Shown here in pieces: positions 40,806 through 57,320 of a DNA stretch of 64,000 bases. A program made the position numbers and the translations under genes. The stretch is from Octopus vulgaris (taxonomy: Eukaryota), in contig OX597814.1 of NCBI GenBank assembly GCA_951406725.2, positions 212,040,001-212,104,000 of the forward strand, written 5' to 3'. Positions within the stretch are counted from its first letter, which is position 1. Each line of letters begins with the position of its first letter. The notes below the pieces were generated by a model, which was not told the DNA's origin, did not search any database, and worked only from the letters and a program-made list of their open reading frames with translations.

Positions 40806-41205
40806 ATTATTCTCTGTTCTCGACACGAAGTCCGAAATTCTTTCTGAGGGCTCCAGTGGATTAGATAGACCCTAGTACACAACTGATACTTAATTTATCG
40901 ACCCCGAACGGATGAAAGGCAAAGTCGACCTCGGCGGAATTTGAACTCAGAACTTAGCGCCAGACGAAATACCTATTTCTTTACTACTCACAAGCGGTTA
41001 AACACAGAAGGGACAAACAAGGACACACAAACGGATTAAGTCGATTATATCGACCCCAGTGCGTAACTGGTACTTATTTAATCGCCCCCAAAATTATCAA
41101 AGGCAAAGTCGACCTCGGCGGAATTTGAACTCAGAACGTACCTGCAGACGAAATACTGCTAAGGATTTCGCCCGGCGTGGTAACGTTTCTGCCAGCTCAC
41201 CGCTT
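40806..41205 (-). mobile_element. Dimeric SINE family A with TSD
   Basis: Two units; TACTGC(A/G)GCAACAATT at 40790-40805 and 41206-41221. Confidence 0.9.
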
Positions 41206-42721
41206 TACTGCGGCAACAATTTTTGTGATTCCTTTAATCTACAAACCAAAAGTCATTATAATATAGTTACTGATTACTTCACGCCATCCAAAACATACTA
41301 ATACAAACATACCTATTAATCTTACAAGAATGTACTTAAAACGAATACTAGTTGCAATATGATGCCCATCCATAATAATTTATAGCATAACTGACCGTGT
41401 CATAGCCATAGTAACTCAAGAATTATGAAGACCAATAAACACTTCCAAAATTCACAGTGTACTACCTATCATTACCGCACAAAATAGAGACTCAAATAGC
41501 ATTACCTATAAACAATTGCATTATTCCAGGGAGGCCAAGTATGAGATAAGCATTCGAAGTACACAAAATGATCCAACAGGTATGGAGACATGATCACTGG
41601 CATAATAAATTCAAAGCAACAAATTGCCTACATGAAATTAACAATCAACTTGCCTTGTTGACACTCTAACTGTATGAGCCGCGTTAACATTAATGAGAAC
41701 TTATCGTTCGAATTTAAATCAGGATTTAGTCACATTGTAGAAATCTACTTACTTGTTCGCCAATGGCTGTAACAAAAATTGATTATATTTGCTTGAGAAC
41801 CAAATTGATGTTTCACAATTGCAAAACGCAGTGTTCTACGACTCACAGATTACACTAATCGAATACTTAGACTGATGTGAAACAAAGAATTATCCATGGC
41901 TTTCATGGTCTTAGATTTGTTCTATCAAAACACCACCTGAAAATAAGACAAATGAAAAGATATGCATATTAAAAACGTAAACCTTGATACAATAAATTAT
42001 AAAATATATGAAACAGAAGATTAAATCATTATTTCACCTAAAAATTATACTATTCTTGTTCATACTCTTATGCACAAAGAGAAAGATAAACATATATGCA
42101 TTTTCACACACATATATAATACTTACTGATAGACATATACAAGCAAGCATTAAATTTGCACATTTTCTTTTAGCTTTTCTAATCAAATATTCTCGTTCAA
42201 CTATAGGGCATATTCACTGGATTAACAAAGTACTGGCTTTTAGTGCAATTATTATCTCTTACTATTTCTGGGAACCATGTTTTATTAAAGTGATGAATAA
42301 ATCATTATTAACTGTTGAAGTTCATTTTCGGCTTCATATCTCTACACATACGCGCTCGAAATGAATTACATAGAGAGACGGGTAGAGAGAGAGAGAGAGT
42401 GAGAAACTACTCATTCATACACGAACGCCTACACATAAAGACAAAATGTGTTAAGCTTACATGTGGAATATATTTGCCAGAATTGCATATGCTTTTATCG
42501 GAGCGAGTGAATTACTTTTTAGCCACATTTACTTTTATTTTTCTCTGTATGAATAAATCTAAATATTTTTAACGCACTGCATAGAATTTCACACACTGAA
42601 AACGAAAAAGAGCTTCAACCGTCGTTAGCATTCCACCGCTCTTTTGTCCACCAGCATCCGTTTTATTTACAGATATGTATTAGCAATGATTGTCTGAAGA
42701 AACATAGGTTATTTGTAAAGA

Positions 42722-43106
42722 GTGGAGGCGCAATGGCCCAGTGGTTAGGGCAGCGGACTCGCGGTCATAGGATCGCGGTTTCGATTCCCAGACCGGGCGT
42801 TGTGAGTGTTTATTGAGGGAAAACACCTAAAAGTTCCACGAGGCTCCGGCAGGGGATGGTTGTGATCCCTGCTGTACTCTTTCACCACTACTTTCTCTCA
42901 CTCTTACTTCCTGTTTCTGTTGTACCTGTATTTCAAAGGGATGGCCTTGTCATTCTCTGTGTCACGCTGAGTATCCCCGAGAACTACGTTAAAGGTACAC
43001 GTGTCTGTGGAGTGCTCAGCCACTTACACGTTAATTTCACGAGCAGGCTGTTCCATTGATTCGGATCAACCGGAACCCTCGTCGTCGTAACCGACGGAGT
43101 GCTTCC
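42722..43106 (+). mobile_element. Full-length tRNA-derived SINE family B with 11 bp TSD
   Basis: A box TGGCCCAGTGG, B box GGTTTCGATTCC; ATTTGTAAAGA at 42711-42721 and 43107-43117. Confidence 0.9.
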
Positions 43107-46100
43107 ATTTGTAAAGACACGTTTCTGTACATTTATGTTAACACGTATTTTACCAGCATTAGAGGAATGAAAGGTTGTGTGCATGATGATTGTTAAAAAA
43201 TCTGAACGTGAAAGAAAGAAAACACCATACTGTTTTTAGCAGAGTCGGTTCAGTCAACAGTATTGCTGAATTGAATATGATAGAGTATTTATTTGAAAGT
43301 GTTTCCTTGGGTGTTCATATCGCACTGTTGCAAATTTGGTATCAGTTAGGGCTTATTTTGGAAAAGGAAAATTCATTACGAGTGTAAATCCTATATTTCT
43401 GTTGACTACAATTATTACTTGTAAAAATATAAAATTAAAACAATATAAAAATACAATGACAATATACCGAGGACATGTTGATCAAAACCTATTACATGAA
43501 CTTCTTTACAAAAACTAATAAACACCACGCACAATGTGGTACTTTAATATATTATCGCAAAATACTATTCAAAATATAGCTACATATTTTGGTTTCTAAA
43601 GCTTAAACATCTTATTTTTAATTATATATTTTCATTCAGTGTTGGGAAACTCTGGAAATGATAGTCTTGTTATTGAACGAATTGTTGCAACACACTGGAT
43701 CAGGACTAACTGATTTCTTCATTTACTAATTTCATTTGTTCTTCATAAAATTGAATATTTTCTTAATGAAATGTATTGAAATGTATTGAATCCGAACAGG
43801 AAAATGTGAAGAGTTACAACAGAATATTACAGTCGTTTTCAGAATTCTCTTTGGTTGCAAATATCAAGAGATTGTTTCAATATTCTTTCACAATTTATCA
43901 ATAGAATTGTTTCCAGCACTCGCTAAAAATATTAAAGCATATTTATCATTAGCTTTGTTTCAATGAATCAAAATCAGTTTTAATAGCTTGTTCCAATATG
44001 TTCGAGCAAACGAAATAATTAACGATTTAACGTGTGTATGAAATACAAGAAAACAGGAAACACTTACTGACAAAATTTGTAATCATATATTTAATATATA
44101 TACTCATTTTGCGATCTTTTGAAATGACAGCTAGCCAGTTTGAGCAAAGCATTATAATGTTTAACATTTAAAATAACAATAAATGTGAGACAATTTTAGA
44201 AATTTTGTATTTCAATAAACGTTACATGTGATACACAACATGAAATTAATATTTTACGTCATTTAACAGGAAAAATTAATAGAACGTTTGTATCGTAAAT
44301 GTTAAATACCAGTATAACTACGGTAATTTTGCTCAAGTGAAGTCAATATATTTATCTGTAAATTAAATTTATATGTAAATTTAATTTATTTTATGAGAAA
44401 AATAACGGAATCTAAAGAAGCGTATTAAATGGAATACCAGATATTTGATCAATAATTTTATGCTTCTGTAGTAAGTTTATTCCAGTGGAGATAATTTACA
44501 AAAGCATTTAGTATATTTTAAACAAAATTTAGATCTTATTAAATATTGCTAACGAGAAGACCTCATATTATATGATAATGGTATTACTATGCATATAATA
44601 AAAGCTATAAATGCCAAAAGCATTTCAAATATAACTGAAAGTAGTGAGATAAATTCTTGTACACTATAAGGATTTCTGCACGATCTGAAATCTTCCTCAT
44701 ATACCAATGGACAAATCTGACAAAATATTTCACCTGTATCAATAACTGATAGGTATAATAACGCACTCTCACAACATTCATGTTTTAATATAAATGGAGT
44801 AAAACGAAAATCGTCTTGACGTACACGTTGGATGTAATGACGAAGTGACAACCAGACTCCTTCGGATATAATTATTCTTTAAACGCAGAAGTGTATGACT
44901 TGTATAGAATTAGATAATGCTGAAAGTACTGCCTGAGAAATTCTAAACCAATGACTGAAACAAATTAGACATATTAGTAAACGCTTCATAAATCTCTTCA
45001 GAGAATAAACCTCAAAATATATATTCGAACCACGATAGTCACACAAAATTTTCTACACAGAAGTTTCAAATTCTGTGCAGGAAAACACTCTTGCTCTCAA
45101 AGATTAAAGTGCCGCTATGTACAAACAAATCGTTCTACTACTCATATTGAATAATAAGCAACCAAACTTGAAGTATCATTAAAATATGGGTCGAAATAAT
45201 TTTAAACAAATAAACATCATTCTACGATGAGAGAAGATCCTAGGATGTTGAAACAAAACTTAGTGCACTCACCCAAAGTCCTTCTAATAAACTATAAACT
45301 ACACAAAAACATTAAAAGATGATATCCTGAGAGTTTTATTTCCTACAAAAATGTTTCCACTGAATATACTACAAGATATCTATCAAATATAAGTCATCAA
45401 ATTTGTAAATGGCAATATGTCTAAAATACAAGTGCCTGTAGCTAAAACGAAATTCGATAACAATCAATGAAGATCATAAACGCTATGTGGAAATTGCATA
45501 AGAATAAAAGTAATCTATTAGACGAAAGTACTGCGAATAGGTCAAAGCGTCCCCGACCCCAGCGAAAAGGATAGAAAACTACACAGGAGCAACTAGCGGA
45601 ACAAAGTGAAACATAATTTCGCACAAATATGGTAGTCCAAGCTGAACATTAGCAACGGCATATTACATACAGGCAAAAAATTTTAAAGACTGGCCTAAAC
45701 TGGGAAGAAGGCAATAAACGATTTAAGCGCAACAGCGGAAATAAGAGTTGCTGCATAATAATGATAAAATCAATGTAAAAAAGAATACGAAGTAAGGTAC
45801 ACATTAAACCAAGGAAAAAATTTAATAACGTATAAATACGAGAAAATGAATTTTTTATGAAGTAGGTAAAATGACATTTTTAGCAAAACTGATTATTATG
45901 TAATGGAAATAGCGCCATCTGAACCAACCAATAAAGAGAGTTATAACTCTTGGAAACTCCGATAAAATCAGGCAAAAAGAATATGATGATTTAACCAGAG
46001 AGAGGGAGAGAGGGAAAGAGGCGGAGAGGAGGAATAGAGAGTGATGCTGCCTGAGATAGAGATAGAAGGAGAGAACACAACTACTTAATGAGCTAATGAA

Positions 46101-47751
46101 AATTAATATTCAGTTTTATATTTTTAGAAACACAGAAAATGATTGCATAATTGGCACGCAGATAAAGAGCAAACGCAGAATTGTCATAGAAAAAAGCATT
46201 AAAGCAATGGTGATAAGACAAGCTAAAATTAAAACAAATCCAACCGTGATAAAATAAGGAAGGTGATCGGTGAAAATGGAATAGTGATCGAATTTTCTAA
46301 AAAAGCGTAGACAGGCGTGTTGGACGCGCCATTAACAAATAAGAACGAAATTGAAAAATGTGTAATTCTAAAACAAAAATTAAGCATGCAAAACACGATT
46401 ATATTGTAATCAAGACGATGATGATGATGATGAAAATGATGATGATGAGGAGGAGGTGAAGGATGAGGACGACGATGATACGGATTTCTTTGCTACAAAT
46501 GCAACCGTTAATGGGAACATTATATGTTACAACTTGTGTTGGTTTTTCCATACAAGATCGAATGGAAAAGAGATGGAAGAAAAAATATATAATTACACGT
46601 GTTGTACAAAGTATGAGAGTATATAGATGATGCTCTCATCCTGATACAGGGCACCATTCAGCTTGAGACAAACATGGAACTCCCTAGGTCCATGATCACC
46701 ATGACCTCAAAGACTAGAGACCATACACAGCTTCTATTACCCAAACTAGAAGCACCTAAGTTGAAAGCACAAGACGTACGAAACCTGCATTCTCACCCTT
46801 GTTAAAGATAGCTGTGTCGATTGAACGGATAGTCCCCTCTCCTTACAAATTAATACAAATTAGCAATGCTTAAACATTGCAGGATCTCACACAATAAAAT
46901 TACATTTACTTAGGGTGTATTAAGGGGGGTCAGCGTTTATCTTGAACCTATAGTGATCCAAGTTACCATTACCTGGCCAATTATTTCTAGCTATCATATT
47001 ACCAACAGTAGTCGTATCATTTTTCAGCCCGGAATATAATTCTTTCCAAGTCGACATATGAAGATTAACTGAGAACATTATATCATACTTATTCTCTAAT
47101 AATCTCACAGTTTATATTAAATATATATTTCTACCAATGATTTGCTCTCAACGTTAACGTCATTCGAAGAATTGTCGGAGTCTCAAGTTGAAAGCCATAT
47201 TTTCTATAACTGCAACATTAATCCAGAAGGAAAAGACGGGCTTCAGTCTGAATTTGTGACAGCGGATATCTTGTGGCTATTGTAGCAAATACGTTTGTTG
47301 TTATTGCTCTTAGCGTTGTTGTGGCTAATATTTTCTCGTTATTTTTTGACGTTTATGTTTTTAGTTTTCTTTTTGCTGTCATAATTGGTTTTGATGTTGT
47401 TTGTGCAATTCCATTTTTATGTAATCGATATTGTTAGTTCTTTTTGTAGTTAATGTTTTTGAACTTGAATATAAATTTGTGGTTTGTCACAGTATTTCAG
47501 CAACTCTGAAGACACTTTCCTTAATAGCACTGCGCATTTCTTGAAAACTAATTACGACATTTTGGGGAAGATTAACGAAAGCAATAGAACTTAAGAGGCA
47601 GAATTTCAGAGCGGTGATAGAGTCTTCTACGGGAAGAATAAAGGAGACGAACTTTTAGTGTAATCTTACTTTGAATAACACTTTAGAGAACGTTTACTAA
47701 AAAGAAGACCTACCAACGTAAAACCAACGGGAATTTCCTAAATAATGTTAA

Positions 47752-47823
<72 letters not shown>
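47752..47823. repeat. (AAT)n microsatellite
   Basis: Directly visible. Confidence 0.97.
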
Positions 47824-47825
<2 letters not shown>

Positions 47826-48369
47826 AAATTTCGGCGAGCTTACCTGCCTCCCTCTTCATCTCCCTTTTCACTCTCTTTCTTCCTCTTCTTCCAATGAGTT
47901 CTCAGTGGTGTTTAAATCATTCATACGATGACATGGTCACTTAACCGATCCCCCCAAAAATGAATAAGTTTTTTTCTAGTACTTTCTATGTTCACTAAAA
48001 CTTTGAGATGGTTATGTCTATAGACATTACATCTTAAATACGAGGAAGGGTTCATAGATAAAATACTATATAGCTTTTTTAAAACTAAGATATTTATAAT
48101 CTTCGATATCTCATCTATGATAGTTAGTCCCAAATTGCCGAAGGTACTCTTAAAATCCACACTCGACGACTGTCAGCAATGTACCTCTCTTCCATTAAAT
48201 ACCACAGCACCAGCTAAACCAATAGTCGTGAATCTGCCATCATTTGTTGTCTAAGGAAATCAGTATTAGGGCAACTTTGCCTCATTGTAAAAATATAATT
48301 ATGGTAATAATTGTGAAATTATAGTAGTGAATAAGTAAATAATAAGATAGTAATAGGGAAATTATAATA

Positions 48370-49130
48370 GCGGACAATAATTACCCAGAATGATTAACAC
48401 GTGGCGTTGTCAAACCGTCGAGTCGTTGGCGACTAAACCGACAACCACACTAATCTTGCTTGGTGACGAAGGAAGATTTTCGGCATCTTGCAGGACTAAA
48501 AACTAAACCTAGCAAAGGGCAGAGGAACATAAAACATTCACTGGCCATTCCAAAACCGGGTAGACAGAATTCGGGAGCCTTGGTCGACAGTTTGTCTAGG
48601 AGAAGGAATACTTTATTTCGAAACAGTTGTAGATAGGACTCCGTAGTCACAGTGGGCAGGCTCGACTCCTTCTCGAAACTAATAGGAAAAGTTTGGGAAA
48701 AGGTAAGTATCTGGCGCCTCCAAATATCTAGTGCTCCGGGTAGGATGTATTCGTTAGGCTTGCGTAGCAGGCAGCCAAGGGGAAGGAGCACTTCAAGCTC
48801 AAAACCAGGGGAGCAAGGGGCCTGCTGCCTTGGTGGACTACCTTGATAGAGATGGTATCTCAATAAAAATACCGGTTGGTGGTAATCAAGAAACAAACCT
48901 CAATTGTGAGTAAAAAGGGCAAGGAAAATAAATGTCGATAACGGTGTGAACGGAGCTAGAACCATTGGTGAAGATGTCACATCTGGCATATTCCATGCTA
49001 TTCAACAGGGTGGTCCCGGTCGGAATTCAAGAAATGCTAGCCATACTGCAAAACACAGTCCTTGTACTGGTTAAATTATGCAATGCGCTCGAAAATGTAA
49101 GTGGTCTATTGATATGAACCAAAAGGCGAT
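48370..49130 (+). mobile_element. Probable 5' UTR and ORF start of an R4/Dong-like element
   Basis: GC-richer block after a decayed TAA-rich tract; RKCKWSIDMN resembles the R4 N-terminal R.KW..E.N motif; collinear with downstream R4 pieces. Confidence 0.4.
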
Positions 49131-49755
49131 CCAGTGGAATGAACAAGCCTTTTTAGACAAGAACAAAGGCAAATGTAAAGCTGTCAGAAAAAAGATCATT
49201 AAAACTTTGGAAGCAACTGTGTATGTTCCAGATTACGCATGCAAGACTTTAGGGGCTGATAAAAACTAATAATCGTCAATAATATAAATGCGCGACGTTT
49301 TGTTTTTGTACGTACCTACTGTGTGTGTCACACGTACTTCAAAGGAAGAGTGAGTAAAATTGGTAAAGCGAGAGAAATTGGCAAAGCCAGAGAAAGAGAG
49401 AACGTGAGGGAGACAGAAAGAGGAAGTGAGATACACAGTGGGTGGTGACGCCGTTCGATTTGTGTTATTAAAAGATTAGCAGTATTTTCAGAGTAAACTA
49501 ATATATACGTTGCAAGAAAAGATACCTAAATCGAAAGAAAACTATATATGTAGATACATACACGTATTGTTAGATGAAAAGCGGGAGGAAGGACACAGAA
49601 GAAGTGACAGAGAAAGAGAGCAATTGGGAGAGAGAGAGAGAGATAGAGGGAGTAGAGACATAGATCGAAAGCGAAATATATACATAGTTACATAGACACA
49701 TTGTTAAATCAAAGAGAAATAATTACAGCAAATATTGTATGTCACTTTCACTTTT

Positions 49756-49886
49756 AATTACCACGGGAGGACAAAATTAATTCGCATGTGGCTGAGTACT
49801 ACACGAACATGCAAACAATTAACGTAATTCTCAGGAAGATCTAGCCTCACAACAAATATGACGAGGCTGGCCCCTTTGGATTACAA
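49756..49886 (-). mobile_element. Decayed SINE family B body
   Basis: Reverse-complement similarity to 42930-43040 (GTGGCTGAGTACT..TTAACGTAATTCTC..GGCTGGCCCCTTTG). Confidence 0.6.
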
Positions 49887-50250
49887 ACTCATTTTGGCCA
49901 GCTGAGTGGACTGGAGCAAGATAAGTCTTCAAGTGGTTGGGAGAAATCGAAAAAAAGATCCTATATAGGGGCAGAAAGATGTTTTTAGTCGTTAGAAACA
50001 CTATGAGCGTTAATTCGGTCCTAACCGCATAATTTGTGTGCCTCACAGATCTGGAGGCCAAGACTCTAGATAAACACCGATGCGCAGGCTGTTGCTATTA
50101 AAGTGGGCGTGAGTCGAGAGCGGAATAGCAATTATTTCATCTTAGCTGTCACAGCTTATACTAAACACATGACAGTTTTGCCTTGAAATATTTCCTTTTC
50201 TTTCACTCTTTTTAAAAGATGGCGCTCCGTCGTTAGAAGCTGTGCAAAGG

Positions 50251-51780
<1,530 letters not shown>

Positions 51781-51784
51781 CCTG

Positions 51785-53672
51785 ATGATGGTGATTTCAT
51801 TTATTTGCCACGAGGGTGATAGATGAGGGGTCAATACAGTGAGAAACACAAAATATGGTGGTTTACATATAATAAGGATAAAAAATAAAAATACACGGTA
51901 TAGACAGGAAAAGAAGGAACATATACATAGCATACAAGAAAGTAAGGATGATAGAGATGTGCCCCTCCCCCTGATACATGAACGCCTCTGGGGATAATCG
52001 AGGAATCCTACTGAGCGAGATTTCCCTGAAACCCTTACATCAAGTGTCCTCTCCGATTCCTTCTCTCCGAATCAAACGTCCACTCTTAGAGAGGTACCCT
52101 CCACTCTTGTCATTTTAGTAAATTTCAATACTTTCAAAAAATTACACGAGTACAGTACTCTCCTCTCAATCTCCTTTTGAATTGAAACTTGAATAAATCA
52201 ATGAGAACTCTACCAAAGAGAAATGTATCTGTCCTCATGCCTTTCTGTCTGGTCTACAAAAAGACCTCTCTCGCCACAGACACCAGGTAAAGGGAAACTG
52301 TCTCACCTGCCCGATTGACGTGGGGCCGCGGTGCAATCATCATTACTACAGACTCAGCCGACAAACGGATCCGTCTCACACGTGATAGAAGGTGTTCAAC
52401 ATAACCCCACAAATCAAAAATGCCCGGACACTGGACGAGGGCGTGCAGAACGGTTTTGTCACTCTACGCACACCTCGGATAAGTCAATCTGGCGGCATAT
52501 CCGTACCTGTAGAATTTAACTCGAACTAGTAGCGCCCCCACCCCGGTAACATTGGCAAGCCAAGGAATCTGGAACTATCCATGATAGTTCCCGACTGGAA
52601 AGTCCTCAAGAACAGACTAGCCAGCGCATTCTCTTCGGCACTCAGAGTCTCCCCAAGTAAGTCTTCACACTTCCCCAGCAGCAATCTTCTATAAATTTCT
52701 AAAGCGGAACGTCCACCAATCCCATGGCGCGATTAGTAGAATGTTGGGAGCGCCTGACGACATTCTAGGTGCAAGGCACCAAGTCTCGGTCTTTTATTCA
52801 CCCAGGATTGCAGCTACGTCAAGGAGACAAGCTGCGGAAAGACGAGACTCAAAAACAGAGCCCACACAAGCTCACCGTCCAGAAATCACTGCAGGTGGCT
52901 TAACCTAAGCGCGTGTCTGCGCCATAGGAACAACGACATACCTAATCCGCCACTGAGAGGGTGCTGACAACGGACTGACCGCATGACCATCTGAATGCAT
53001 CCCTTCCACAAGAATTAAATAAGAGACGCTCCAAACTGGTTAATCACCAACCGAGCAAGGCGGGACGGTCAGGCGATAAATGATAACGAAGGTGATGTAA
53101 ACATTCGCCACCTGTGCCTGACCATTCAGGGATAGCATTCTTTCTGTCCATTGATGGGTAAGACTGGCCACACTGTTTGTCACCTTATCCCAGTTCTAAT
53201 CCACCCGGAGGTCGGGACCAAACCAGAATCAGAGCACTTTAATTGGTCCTTCGGTCCAGTGACCGAAGACACCATGTGATGGTCACGTGCTACTTCTCCG
53301 ACAGCCCAACCGCAACCCGACCAATTTATCAGCGTCTAGTTTAGCCCCTGGAACCGACTCATATTTCTTTAAGATGGTGAGGAGAGTCTAAACTTCGGAG
53401 GCGTCAGCCATCATAACGGAGACATCGTCTGCGAATGCTGACACTACCTTTCTTGTCCCAGTTCGAGAGGAATTGTTCTTTCACTGTTCCAACTTTCACA
53501 ACAGCGGCTCGAGGGCCAATACGAATAGAAGAGGCGACAGCGGGAAGCCCAGGCGAACCGAGGGTGCGATGGCAATAGTCTCCAAATGGTGTCAGTATAT
53601 TTTCATCAATGAACAGGTGTCGCTGTGCATTGCAGGGATTCAGCCTCTGGAAGCGTGTCCGAAACATCCAGC
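51785..53672 (-). mobile_element. 5'-truncated Tx1/L1-group LINE
   Basis: Minus strand VRLGFPLSPLLFVLALEPLL and SAFADDVSV; 3' end carries AATAAA near 51799-51804. Confidence 0.8.
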
Positions 53673-53689
53673 ATTTATTTATTCTTTTA

Positions 53690-53930
53690 TACCTTTATAC
53701 ACCACCAGTGTAATCCCCTTTTCAATGCTCAATTTTAAGTGATTTGCTTTTAGTGAAGGAGAAAGTTCTACATTGTTGCGCCCTTCATATTTGTTCAGCC
53801 GGCACCTTTGATAGCATGAAGTCTAGTTGTTTCTTGACGACATCTACAACCACTTCATTATGATCCTCAGATGTTTTGGCAAGGCCTTTAGCAGGCCCCT
53901 GAATTCCAAGCTATTATAAGCTGTACATGT
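53690..53930 (-). mobile_element. 3' end of a CR1-group LINE
   Basis: Minus strand NSLEFRG..LPKHLR..VVVDVVKKQLDFMLSKVP resembles the CR1 C-terminal LFN.LP..LR..FK..LD..L..VPD pattern. Confidence 0.6.
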
Positions 53931-55502
53931 TCCTCAGTTTAAATGTGACATTTATATACATAAAGATATATAGACAAACGCACACACACACATACACACA
54001 TGCATATGCACACGCATATGCACACACACATATGTATATTTATATATATATATATATATATGTACACATGTGTGTGTCTGGACATACATGCATATATATA
54101 TATCTATGGAAATATTATCGACCGCACATTCTCAGTTTATGGGCCCGACTTTTCGCTGCGCATAGAGCTTTGGAGATGAATCTTTCATAGCATTGTGTGT
54201 TAAGGTACCCAAAAGTCATACACAGGCATGTTAACCCATTCTCAGTCAGATGTGTTGGATACCGATATTTTGCTACTTCTGTGTTTTATCAACATCGCAT
54301 ACCCGAATCGAACTGTTGACTATTGGCATCACCAGTCCCTGACTATATATTTATATCGTAACAAACATTTGCTGGTATGGCACGATGACGTATACGTAAA
54401 ATTAAATTCACTTACGATTAAAAAGCAACGCTAGTGTTGTAAAATTTATCTGTCATATATACTAAATGTATGTGTTTTGCTTGTTTATGTGTGTGTGAGC
54501 CCTAACTGCATTTGCGAGCCGGAGTTCTTCCAACAAGTGCAGGTTCAGATGGTAGAAGATTCGTGCTAGGGTCCTAGGCTTTGACAAGAGAGAAGAATAT
54601 TGGAGTCACCATTCAGAAGCTGTACTCCAGACAGTAAAGAAGAACACACAGAAATAGTATATGAGTAAATTGTGCAACGAAGGATGGGAAGCCTTAGGTG
54701 TATAGGTAGAAAACGCAGAGGGGGAATGTAACACGACTATAGCGTGGCTGAGAGACTGAATGCTTGTCAAACTGCTGGTTATTTTCTGGATGTATTTCGG
54801 TGCGCTAGTTGCACTGAAATACATCCAGTTTTTTCCCATATGTGAGAGCAACACTTTAATCTGTCCCTCACCTGATCTTGGTAAGGTGACAATAACTCCT
54901 GGGAAAGGAATCATATCCTGGAACTGAAAAAGAAGCGACGTCCCCAGCTATGTCAAAGACGAGTGTTCACAAGAGACATGCTTCACAATAGTGAGATAAA
55001 ACGAGTTACATGAAATGTAGATTTGTAGCTGACTGCTGTTCGTTTCTTAAGAGGTGTCGATGATGTTACCTTAGTAAAGCTATCATGTTCTGGCAGGTGA
55101 AAGAGACATGATTAACAAACAGTCACTGAAGGGTGTTTTGTAAGTTTTTATTTACTGAGTGAATAAGCGTTTGATGTATCGCATCTTGGTTGTGAGGAAT
55201 AAAATAAGGCGACAAAAAGACAGAGAGCAATAAAGTGCCCTGGCATCACTTAGCGTGTTGATATTAAAATGCGGAGAGTGTATAATTCACAGTCATGTGT
55301 GTTAACGATGTTGGGGCTTGGTATTTTTCATAGGGGAAGTAACGGATATAACAGTCTTTCAATCACTAGAAGCATAAAGAAAGCAGAAAGAAAATTAAGC
55401 ACCTTATAAATGATTAGCGAAGTTGATATCAGTACAAAAGAAAATACCTGGAGCGCGTAAAACAACGAACTGATAAGTGTTCTACTACCAAAAAAAAAAA
55501 AA

Positions 55503-55600
55503 ATGTTTGTAGAGATCTCATGATGGACATATTTCGCAGTTTGATCGTGCCCAAACCGTTTCTTGGATTCCAAATTAGCAGTTTTTGCCTACCTGTATAA
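55503..55600 (-). pseudogene. Short R4/RLE-type LINE fragment
   Basis: KKRFGHDQTAKYVHHEI resembles the RHD.VAK.VH motif after the CCHC finger. Confidence 0.45.
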
Positions 55601-55626
55601 CAATAATAAATATGACAATATAAAAC

Positions 55627-55672
<46 letters not shown>

Positions 55673-55749
55673 AAAATAACACATCACAAACACACACGCA
55701 CATACACATATAAATTGTGTGTATACAGGTATATTTGTGCGTGTTGTGC

Positions 55750-55836
<87 letters not shown>

Positions 55837-55848
55837 TATGGATAGATG

Positions 55849-55910
<62 letters not shown>

Positions 55911-55924
55911 CAGACAGATAGATA
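55750..55924. repeat. (GATA)n microsatellite
   Basis: Directly visible. Confidence 0.97.
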
Positions 55925-56593
55925 TATAAAGGGGGATATACAGACATAGATTGACAGAGAGATTTAATTCAGCGTTAATTGAAATTTTATAGTCTGTCAG
56001 TAGCTGTCGAATTTGTTTATTTATGTGATGTTTGCATATATAATCAGACCGAAACAGAAAATTTTATTTCAGTAATATCAAAGACATTTTTAATTGATAG
56101 CTTTCACGTAAATTGATTTCAAAATATTTACAATATAAAAACTATTTAGATTTTAATCTATTAAATATCTTATCTTCTAATATATATGAGTAATTACGAG
56201 CATGCATACATATATTCAAATACATACTTACACAAACACGAGCGTGGATAGGCATAAACGATTATACACACGCACTCACGCGCACACATTCACACAAAAA
56301 ATCACGCGAAGTATTTCATGTTATGATAACTTTTTTCAAAAATATTACATTACTTTATTGTATTGGCATTCTTATGCCATAACATATGGAAACTAAAACA
56401 TATTTTGCCACCATAAAACCTAATTCAAATTAAGAGGTATATACCGACGTAATCCGAGGCTGCACATACTGTACATACATAGAAAAACAATATGTATGTA
56501 TACATGTATGTATGTATGTATGTATGTATGTATGTATGTATGTATGTATGTATGTATGTATGTATGTATGTATGTATTATGTATGTATGTATG

Positions 56594-56647
<54 letters not shown>

Positions 56648-56652
<5 letters not shown>

Positions 56653-56724
56653 AAAGCTTACGAAGAAAACAAAAGACGAATACAGGTAGTGTACAAAACA
56701 AACAGATGTATTAGTACAACGCAC
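56648..56724 (-). mobile_element. Very short Penelope-like 3' terminus in (TA)n
   Basis: TAGGGAAAGCTTACGAAG..CAAAAGACGAATACAGGT..TGTATTAGTACAACGC matches 5171-5255 and 8926-9002. Confidence 0.8.
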
Positions 56725-56773
56725 ATATATATGTGTGTGTGTATATATAGCTATATAATATATGTATATATGA

Positions 56774-56839
<66 letters not shown>

Positions 56840-56888
56840 CTTTATATACATACATACATATATATATAAATATTATATATAAATAAAT

Positions 56889-56961
<73 letters not shown>

Positions 56962-57212
56962 GGAAGGGTGATAAAAAGAAACTCTTGGTATAGTATTATA
57001 TATTTGAGAAAATGAGTAGAAGTGGCTTCTTTTTTAAGAATGTGTACAAATAACACGGAAAAAATACATAGTTACCAGGGTAGCAAAAAAGTACCAAGGA
57101 TGTTATAAGCTACTTATAAAGGTAGAAATTCCAGGGTATAGCGAAATGTTTTTTGTATCACAGTTAAATAAAGAAATGGAGTTAAACGCAGGTATTGTTT
57201 CAAATATTTATA

Positions 57213-57300
57213 CTTCCGACATATGTTCCGAAGAAAACTTTGGTAATACTCCAGAGGGAACAAAATGATGTAAAACAATGCGATCTTCTCATCAGAGAAA
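57213..57300 (-). ncRNA. Hammerhead motif with long stem II (A13G)
   Basis: Minus strand TTTCT-CTGATGA-GAAGA...TCTTC-GGAAC-ATAT-GTC-GGAAG. Confidence 0.65.
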
Positions 57301-57320
57301 AAGTCAGAAGCAAAATACAT

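Noticed and set aside
42722-42800. tRNA gene
   Set aside because: The tRNA-like segment is the head of a SINE with a body and TSD; no complete acceptor stem.
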